From positions 1 through 54,929 of the IMG/VR virus record IMGVR_UViG_3300029822_001021: 54,929 bases of DNA; one strand, 5' to 3'. Positions 48,196-54,929 of the stretch are shown here, in pieces. The position numbers were made by a program, and so were the translations under genes. Positions within the stretch are counted from its first letter, which is position 1, and every line of letters starts with the position of its first letter. The stretch is from a virus. Taxonomy: Duplodnaviria; Caudoviricetes. A model generated the notes under the pieces. It did no database searches. It saw only the letters and a program-made list of their open reading frames with translations, and was not told the origin of the DNA.

Positions 48196-48348
48196 ATCTC
48201 TAGTATGGCGGTCAGAGCATCTGGAAATGTAAAGGCAGGAAAATATCTATTTACGGACGGCAAAGCTTTCGGCTTTCGATATCTTCGCTTCATTGAGATA
48301 ACCGGGTTTTTCTGTACATTTAGCCATGATTAGGAGGCTATTAAAGAG

Positions 48349-51300
48349 ATGCAAACGCTGAAATTTGACGAGTTTTTGCGATCGCTAAAACAGAATAAGT
48401 ATATGCCGCATTCATTGCTATTGGGTGCAGGTGCTTCTGTGGAGTCGGGAATCCCCTGTGCATCGAATTGTGTGTGGGATTGGAAACACGAGATTTTTTT
48501 GTCCAAAAACCCGGGACTGATCGAAGTTTACAGAAATATTAAAGTGGATAATGTTCGCCTAGCTATCCAAAAATGGCTAGATAGCGAGAAAGTTTACCCT
48601 GTGCTGAACTCAGATGATGAATATTCCTTTTATGCAGAAAAAACATTCCCAATTGCCGATGACCGTAGGAAGTATTTTCAACATCTGGTTTCTGGGAAGA
48701 ATCCGAGTTTGGGTTATCACATCATTTCTATGCTGGCTGAAACAGGGATGATTAAGAGCGTTTGGACGACCAATTTTGATGGACTTATGCTGAAATGTGC
48801 CCATCAGTACGACGTCAATCCTATTGAAATTACATCAGAGACTGCTGACCGTATTTATCGGGGTGATGTACAAGGTGAGTTACTTTGCATCGCTTTACAC
48901 GGCGACTATAAGTATGGGGATTTGAAGAATACGTCTGAAGAATTAGACTCTCAAGACGATATTTTTATTAGTGCATTAAGCCATGAACTGGCGAATCGAG
49001 ACTTGATTGTGTTGGGATACAGCGGTCGAGACAAATCGCTAATGTCTGCACTCAATAAAGCATATTTAACTAAAGGGGCAGGTAAACTGTTTTGGTGTGG
49101 GTATGGCATAAATACGTCTGAGACAGTCAGCAATCTAATCCAGGCAGTAAATGACTCAGGTCATGCCGCTTATTACGTTCCAACTGATGGCTTCGATAAA
49201 ACTGTATATAGTCTGGCTCGCCATTGCATGAGTGAAGATAAAGCTTTCCTTCAGAAGATTGAGACCGTAAAGAAGAAATTAGGCGCAAAAACCAACGTGG
49301 TGACAAGCCGGTTTGACGCACTAAATCGTACGGTTAATAAAATTACCGACACAAACGTCTATCCTGTTGCATTTCCCAAGAATTGCTTCCAGTTTGAAGT
49401 TGAGTACGCCAAGGAAGAGTCTCCGTGGGCGTTTTGTAAAACGCTCTATGACAACAGCATTATGGCGGTACCCCTGAAAGGATTTATATATGCTTGGGGT
49501 GAAAAATCCCAAATACAAGTCATCTGCGCAGGCAAGCTAAAAAGTGAAATCTCGGTAACACCATTCACCCGAGATGCTCTTATACATAAAAGTGAGTTCA
49601 AAGAACTTCTATTAAAGACAGTCACGGCTTTGTTGGGACAGATTAATTCGCTCGAATATTCCAAAGACAAAATTTGGGATAGTTCTCAGCGTATATCAAA
49701 AAATATCGGTAGCAGAACTATTACTGCCTACAAAGGAATTCGCCTTGCTTTGATCTTCGATAATAAATACACATACATTACTGTAAGTCCAGCGTTTGCG
49801 TACGATAATGATATTATTTTGTCCCGCGATGAAAGAAAGCAGTTCGCTGATGCTTTCAGCCTTGACATAAATTCTGATAAGCCCAATTACAACATCCACA
49901 GCTACGTAGAAACATGGATTCGAAAACTACTTGGCAGAAATGGCATCCGATGTTCCTATCCTCAGAATACTTATACCGGATTCGATTTTATAGTCCGTCA
50001 TAATAGTGCTATTTTAGGGGTAAATTATGGAAGTAGCAGACCTATCCAACTACCACAAACAATCAATAGTAACAGAGTAATCTTCAATGGTGTAGAATGC
50101 CGCGACCCGGAATTGGAATTCTACAATCCGCATCAAAAACGTATGGTAACCGACTTCCATCCGATGCGTGGGTTGTTAAACAACACACCTTTTGATTATT
50201 CCCTAAACGAAAAAGTGCTAAGATCCTCAATATCATTGGGCGTGATATGTCCTGATAGCCACAAAAAACGGTTGCACGATTTTCTTAATCAGTTTAATTG
50301 TAGACAGAGTGTTAAATACAATGTTGATTTTGTCATTCCATTCCCTGGCTTTTATCAAGCTTTCAAAACGCAACTAGATATTCCATCGCCTGAATCCAAT
50401 GAATGGACAAACCTTCAACCCCCCAAGATTACAGACGTCCAAAGAGCATCTGTGGAATTAGGTAACTTAATCACTCGAAGACTTGACCAGTTAAGTGCCT
50501 CGGCGATTGATGTGGCGTTAATCTACATCCCCAAAGATTATGATTTTCTTACTGGATATGCAGAAAACAATGAAAAATATGATTTGCATGATTTTGTTAA
50601 AGCATATGCGGCTCAAAAAAATATAGCAACGCAATTTGTGAGGGAAAAGACTATTGAAAGCGAAATGTACTGTCAAATCATGTGGGCACTTTCCTTAGCG
50701 ATATATGTTAAGTCCAGTCGAATTCCGTGGGTTATTTCTGGACTCCAATATGATACTGCTTTTGCTGGCATCGGATACAGCGTAAACCATACACCAAAAG
50801 GAGCAAATATCATAGTTGGTTGCAGCCACATCTATTCATCCGATGGTCAGGGGATGAAGTATAAACTCTCCAAAATTGATGAGGTTACCTTTGACCGTAA
50901 GAAGAATCCATTCCTTTCCGAGGATGAAGCATACCGCCTTGGGCTGAATATAAAGGAACTGTTTTACAAATCCTTCACCGAGTTGCCCAAAAGGGTGGTT
51001 GTCCATAAAAGGACACCATTTAGAAAAGAGGAGGTTAAGGGGCTTGTTGAGAGCCTAGCAAGCGCAGGTGTTCGAGACATTGAGTTGTTGGAAATAACGT
51101 ATGAGGATGATATCAAGTGCTTCGAGTTCAATAAGAATGTGACCGGTATCGACGGTTTCCCAGTGCGACGCGGATTATGCTTCCCGCTTAACGAAAACAC
51201 CATGTACCTATATACTCACGGGATCGCTCCATCTGTTCGCGACCCAAACCGAAAGTATATACAGGGCGGCAAGACGATTCCGCTTCCGCTAAAAATCGTG

Positions 51301-51492
51301 AAGCATTATGGCAACGGCACAATGGCGCAGATTGCGACAGAAATATTGGGACTATCAAAGATGAACTGGAATAGCTTTGGCTTATATTCCAAGCTGCCCT
51401 GCACCATTGAGTCTTCAAATGAAATCGCGAGGATTGGTTGGCTACTATCGCAATATGAGGGCGCAATCTACGATTACCGTTATTTTATGTGA
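48349..51492 (+). CDS. Single-chain Sir2-APAZ-short Argonaute (SPARSA-type anti-invader NADase)
   Basis: Sir2: LLGAGAS, TTNFD, LHGD, LGYSG; MID: HDFVK, TQF, YVK; PIWI with lost tetrad: AGIGYS, VVHKRTP, LSKMNWNS, LPCTI. Confidence 0.88.
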   Translation: MQTLKFDEFLRSLKQNKYMPHSLLLGAGASVESGIPCASNCVWDWKHEIFLSKNPGLIEVYRNIKVDNVRLAIQKWLDSEKVYPVLNSDDEYSFYAEKTFPIADDRRKYFQHLVSGKNPSLGYHIISMLAETGMIKSVWTTNFDGLMLKCAHQYDVNPIEITSETADRIYRGDVQGELLCIALHGDYKYGDLKNTSEELDSQDDIFISALSHELANRDLIVLGYSGRDKSLMSALNKAYLTKGAGKLFWCGYGINTSETVSNLIQAVNDSGHAAYYVPTDGFDKTVYSLARHCMSEDKAFLQKIETVKKKLGAKTNVVTSRFDALNRTVNKITDTNVYPVAFPKNCFQFEVEYAKEESPWAFCKTLYDNSIMAVPLKGFIYAWGEKSQIQVICAGKLKSEISVTPFTRDALIHKSEFKELLLKTVTALLGQINSLEYSKDKIWDSSQRISKNIGSRTITAYKGIRLALIFDNKYTYITVSPAFAYDNDIILSRDERKQFADAFSLDINSDKPNYNIHSYVETWIRKLLGRNGIRCSYPQNTYTGFDFIVRHNSAILGVNYGSSRPIQLPQTINSNRVIFNGVECRDPELEFYNPHQKRMVTDFHPMRGLLNNTPFDYSLNEKVLRSSISLGVICPDSHKKRLHDFLNQFNCRQSVKYNVDFVIPFPGFYQAFKTQLDIPSPESNEWTNLQPPKITDVQRASVELGNLITRRLDQLSASAIDVALIYIPKDYDFLTGYAENNEKYDLHDFVKAYAAQKNIATQFVREKTIESEMYCQIMWALSLAIYVKSSRIPWVISGLQYDTAFAGIGYSVNHTPKGANIIVGCSHIYSSDGQGMKYKLSKIDEVTFDRKKNPFLSEDEAYRLGLNIKELFYKSFTELPKRVVVHKRTPFRKEEVKGLVESLASAGVRDIELLEITYEDDIKCFEFNKNVTGIDGFPVRRGLCFPLNENTMYLYTHGIAPSVRDPNRKYIQGGKTIPLPLKIVKHYGNGTMAQIATEILGLSKMNWNSFGLYSKLPCTIESSNEIARIGWLLSQYEGAIYDYRYFM

Positions 51493-51628
51493 ATGTAAGA
51501 ATTTGTGCTTGAGTTTGATAGTGAGTACGATTGACTAAATCATAAAAAAAACAATATGCATAAGATCTATTGTACCCTTAAGAAGCGGAGAATGATCTGA
51601 TTATTGGGACTGTATTGGTTCGGTATAT

Positions 51629-51700
51629 TTTCAACGATTCATCCCAATCTTTCAACGATTGCCTGTTGGCGATGCACACCCCTGCTAAATTTCAACGATT
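51629..51700 (+). repeat. Three TTTCAACGATT direct repeats around TGCACACCCC; candidate element end
   Basis: Copies at 51629-39, 51650-60, 51690-700. Confidence 0.65.
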
Positions 51701-51829
51701 ATCCCTGCCAACCCCACCGGAAAACGGTAAGATTTCCTCTTGCCAACGGCAAAATAACCCGCCCAAATAGATAAAAGCCGTCCCGCAAAAACGCAGGAAC
51801 GGTTTAGATACCGGCTTTCCATGCAAAAC

Positions 51830-51875
51830 AAAAACCACCCACCGATAAAATTTATTTTATCAATAGATGGTAGAT
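51830..51875 (-). terminator. ssrA terminator
   Basis: ACCATCTATTGATAAAA/TTTTATCGGTGGGTGGT stem (with G-U pairs) then TTTTG. Confidence 0.7.
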
Positions 51876-51879
51876 AATC

Positions 51880-52231
51880 TGGTGGAGGCGGGGGGAGTCG
51901 AACCCCCGTCCGCAAGAAAGACCAGCTGAGTATCTCCGAGCACAGTCCGTGTTTTGAGCTTCGCCATCCGGGCGCCCGCGGACAGGCTCCTTTCAAGCTA
52001 TCCCCGATTGTTTTCCCCATAAAGCCCCTCGAGAAAGAAGGCTTCAGGGTACCCTAACTAAGTGACGCCCTGCACCAGGCCGTTAGGAAACCTGGCCGGA
52101 CGAGCCGCTTAAGCGGCTAGTGCAAAATTATCTTCTGCAGTTAATTTAAGTTTTCACCTTTTTAACGAGCTGGCGACAACTCGGCTCGCTGCTCAACCCA
52201 TCTTATCCCCCGTCGAAACCAGTACGCCCCC
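51880..52231 (-). ncRNA. ssrA: tmRNA; tag reading frame AEDNFALAA
   Basis: GGGGGCG/CGCCTCC-ACCA acceptor stem with G3-U, GTTCGA T-loop, tag frame 52138-52109; adjacent to smpB. Confidence 0.96.
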
Positions 52232-52259
52232 ATATTAATTAATACTGACTGCAAAAGCC

Positions 52260-52288
52260 ATAATAAACCCTGTCGTTTATATTGTCAA
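52260..52288 (-). promoter_or_regulatory. sigmaA promoter of ssrA
   Basis: TTGACA-N17-TATTAT. Confidence 0.75.
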
Positions 52289-52361
52289 CGGTGATAAACA
52301 TTTAAGTTGTAAGTTTTGAACTTGCGCCCTGCGGGTGCTATTTCTTTTCCCCAGCTTAACC

Positions 52362-52835
52362 CTAAGCACGGTTCCTCTCTTTTAGGCTGCGTTCCATATC
52401 GCGCCGGGCATCGCGGCTGGCTATATCCTCGCGCTTGTCATAGAGTTTTTTCCCTACTGCTACCGCCAGATCCATTTTAGCCCGGCCTTCTTTGAAGTAA
52501 ATCTTCAAGGGAATCAGGGTCAGGCCTTTTTCCCTCTGTAAAGCATGCAGGCGGTTTATTTCCCGCCGGTGCAAAAGGAGCTTTTTGGGCCGCAGAGGAT
52601 CATGGTTGAACTGGTTGCCTTTGTCATAGGGACTGATGTGGAAATTGTTGACCCAGATCTCTCCATCTTTGACCACAGCATAGGCATCACGCAGGTTGGC
52701 CTTGCCCATGCGCAGTGATTTGACCTCGGTCCCCACCAGTACCAGACCGGCTTCCAGGTTTTCTTTGATATGATATTCGTAGCGGGCGCGGCGGTTATCT
52801 ACCACCGACTTAATCCCTTTGCCCTTCTTGCCCAT
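52362..52835 (-). CDS. smpB: SsrA-binding protein
   Basis: NRRARYEY, EAGLVLVGTEVKSLR, KLLLHRREI, GKKLYDKR. Confidence 0.97.
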   Translation of the reverse strand: MGKKGKGIKSVVDNRRARYEYHIKENLEAGLVLVGTEVKSLRMGKANLRDAYAVVKDGEIWVNNFHISPYDKGNQFNHDPLRPKKLLLHRREINRLHALQREKGLTLIPLKIYFKEGRAKMDLAVAVGKKLYDKREDIASRDARRDMERSLKERNRA

Positions 52836-53103
52836 CTTTCACACCTCAAGCTATTATAGATGAAACAAACCCTCGTCTCGGGCCAAAAGCTGTTGCTGAG
52901 ACCAGGGTTTTTCTATTGCCTACGCTCTTATTATAGCTCAGATTCATCGCTACGTCAATGTTACCCGAGTCTGAATGACAGGGGGACGGACTTGTGGACA
53001 CACTCCCTGGCACTCAGCCAAACCTCGATATGTCTATTAAGCATTATCGTTTCTGAGTGCCGGGAGGAAAAGCGAGTTAGTAGCTATGGGAGGTGAAACG
53101 CTT

Positions 53104-54929
53104 TTACTCATCCTGGAGCAATTCAAAATCGATCTTGCCTTCATCCACATCCACTCTAACCAGTTGCACCCGAACGCTATCGCCGATAGCAAATTTTCTC
53201 CCGCTATGCCGGCCACGCAGGGTGTAAGTACGATCGCTGAACAAATAGTAATCATCAGCTATGCTGGAGATATGCACCAGGCCCTCAACCGTGTTTTCCA
53301 GGGCTACGAAAAAACCAAAGGCTTGCACGGAAGAGATGCGAGCTGAGAATTCATCACCAACAAACTGGGACATATACTGGGCCTTTTTCACATCCAGGAG
53401 CTCTCTTTCCGCCTCCTCGGCTTTCATCTCCTGCAGGCTGGATTGTTCTCCGTAAATTGTCATCTTCTTTTCCAGGCTGCTCTTCTTACGGGCAGTCATA
53501 CCCCCATCCAAAAGGCTGCTGAGCACCCGGTGAACTATAAGGTCGGGATAACGCCGGATAGGACTGGTAAAATGGCAGTAGTAGGGGGAAGCCAGACCAA
53601 AATGACCCCGGGGCTCAGGCAGATAGGAAGCATGTTTCATGGAGCGTAAAATCATCAAGGAAATCATTTGCTCCTCCGGCCGGCCCTTAATGTCGGCCAG
53701 TATCTCTTGAAAAAGCATGGGGCTGACTTTATGTCCTTTTATCTTATGCCCAAATACCGCCAACACCTTGTTTAACTCGCCAATAGCTTCTTCATCCGGT
53801 TTTTCATGGACCCGATACAAGGCGGGAAGTCCCAGATTATGCAGGTGTTCCGCTACCACTTCATTGGCTTTTATCATAAAATCTTCTATCAGCATTTCAC
53901 CCGGACCGCGCTCGGCTCTTTTGACTTCTAGGGGAAAACCCTCTTCGTCAACTATTACCTTGCTTTCGGGGAAATCAAAATCCAGCATCCCCCGATTTAA
54001 GCGGGAACGGCGCAGGATATCAGATAGTTCTTTCATCAGGAAGAAATCCTCTACCAGTTCCCCGTATCGCTCCTTTAAGGGCGGGGGATTATCGGCCAGA
54101 ATACGGTTTACATCACGGTAAGTCATCCGTTCATTTATCTGGATTACCGACTTTACGATCTCGTAATCCACTACCTGTCCCCAGGAATCAATATCCATTA
54201 TACAGCTTATAGCCAAGCGCTCGACCTGAGGATTGAGGCTGCAGATATTATTGGATAATTCCACCGGCAGCATGGGCAGAACTTTATCTATCAGGTAAAC
54301 ACTGGTGCCGCGCTTAAAGGCTTCCCGGTCCAACTTGCAGTCTTCTTTAACATAATGGGAGACATCAGCAATATGCACCCCTAGCTTGTAGCCTTTCGAA
54401 GTTTTTTCAATGGAAACAGCATCATCCAGGTCTTTGGCATCTTCACCGTCAATGGTTACCATGCGCCAGTCCCGCAAGTCCCGGCGCCGGGATATCTCTT
54501 CCGCCGCGACCGCCACAGCCACGGACCGGGCTTCTTCAAGCACATTATCAGGAAATTCCAGGCGCAGGCCATGTTTTTTGGCCAAAACTTTAAGATCAAC
54601 ACCCGCCTCTCCCTTGCGTCCCAACACTTCCACGATTTTACCCTCGGCCACCTTGTCCCGTTCAGGCCAGGAGCTGATCCTGACCAATACCTTGTCTCCT
54701 TCTTTGGCTTTCCATTTACGCGAGGCTTTAACATAGATAGGGTAAATCTGCCGGGAATCATCCGGAACCACCTGCAGCAGGTGCCGGCCTTTGGTAAAGG
54801 TCCCTACCAGTTCCCGGGTGTTGCGGGCCAGGATTCTGATAACCGTGCCCTCCGGCCGCTGGCCGTTATATCCCTTTTCCTGTATCCTTACCATCACCCG
54901 GTCATTATGCATAGCCCCGTTGAGTTTCT
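53104..54929 (-). CDS. rnr: Ribonuclease R (5' end outside window)
   Basis: TIDGEDAKDLDDA, HFTSPIRRYPDL, C-terminal S1 domain; rnr-smpB-ssrA synteny. Confidence 0.95.
   Translation of the reverse strand, partial: KLNGAMHNDRVMVRIQEKGYNGQRPEGTVIRILARNTRELVGTFTKGRHLLQVVPDDSRQIYPIYVKASRKWKAKEGDKVLVRISSWPERDKVAEGKIVEVLGRKGEAGVDLKVLAKKHGLRLEFPDNVLEEARSVAVAVAAEEISRRRDLRDWRMVTIDGEDAKDLDDAVSIEKTSKGYKLGVHIADVSHYVKEDCKLDREAFKRGTSVYLIDKVLPMLPVELSNNICSLNPQVERLAISCIMDIDSWGQVVDYEIVKSVIQINERMTYRDVNRILADNPPPLKERYGELVEDFFLMKELSDILRRSRLNRGMLDFDFPESKVIVDEEGFPLEVKRAERGPGEMLIEDFMIKANEVVAEHLHNLGLPALYRVHEKPDEEAIGELNKVLAVFGHKIKGHKVSPMLFQEILADIKGRPEEQMISLMILRSMKHASYLPEPRGHFGLASPYYCHFTSPIRRYPDLIVHRVLSSLLDGGMTARKKSSLEKKMTIYGEQSSLQEMKAEEAERELLDVKKAQYMSQFVGDEFSARISSVQAFGFFVALENTVEGLVHISSIADDYYLFSDRTYTLRGRHSGRKFAIGDSVRVQLVRVDVDEGKIDFELLQDE

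Larger units (their letters stand above)
97..51710. mobile_element. Temperate siphovirus-type prophage with twin serine recombinases and defence cargo, downstream of ssrA (boundaries approximate; left end may lie outside the window)
   Basis: Complete ordered replication, packaging, head, tail, lysis and recombinase modules; host ssrA/smpB/rnr resume after 51880; no att duplication found. Confidence 0.9.

Noticed and set aside
48205-48333. 42-aa ORF whose stop overlaps the Sir2-Argonaute RBS
   Set aside because: No RBS or recognisable motif; cannot be distinguished from chance
51880-51910. Standalone tRNA gene
   Set aside because: The T-arm and CCA belong to the tRNA-like domain of tmRNA
51685-52020. 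111-aa minus-strand ORF
   Set aside because: Overlaps the tmRNA 3' half and its terminator

Overview
The window is almost entirely one apparently intact temperate siphophage of a clostridial host, integrated just downstream of the host rnr-smpB-ssrA (tmRNA) locus at the right edge. The minus strand carries, right to left: a sigma-like regulator; a PolA/SSB/VapE/SNF2 replication module; a late activator; HNH-terminase-portal-ClpP-HK97 capsid; a tail with a -1 frameshifted chaperone; holin and amidase; and a twin large serine recombinase cassette. Transcribed divergently with a small HTH repressor is an AT-richer, ~11.5 kb defence block: an ABC three-component (Lamassu-like) system whose effector HNH looks degenerate, tightly coupled type III-like Mod/Res genes, and a single-chain Sir2-APAZ-Argonaute (SPARSA-type). 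Beyond the recombinases lies an uncharacterised two-gene operon. Notable non-coding signals: a three-copy promoter-plus-RBS-hairpin element (candidate phage sigma regulon), a switch-like structured leader before the sigma gene, a second two-copy promoter motif, a TGGAAC iteron-like origin, and TTTCAACGATT repeats at the probable right end. The left boundary and att sites could not be identified. All family calls are from motif recognition, not database searches.
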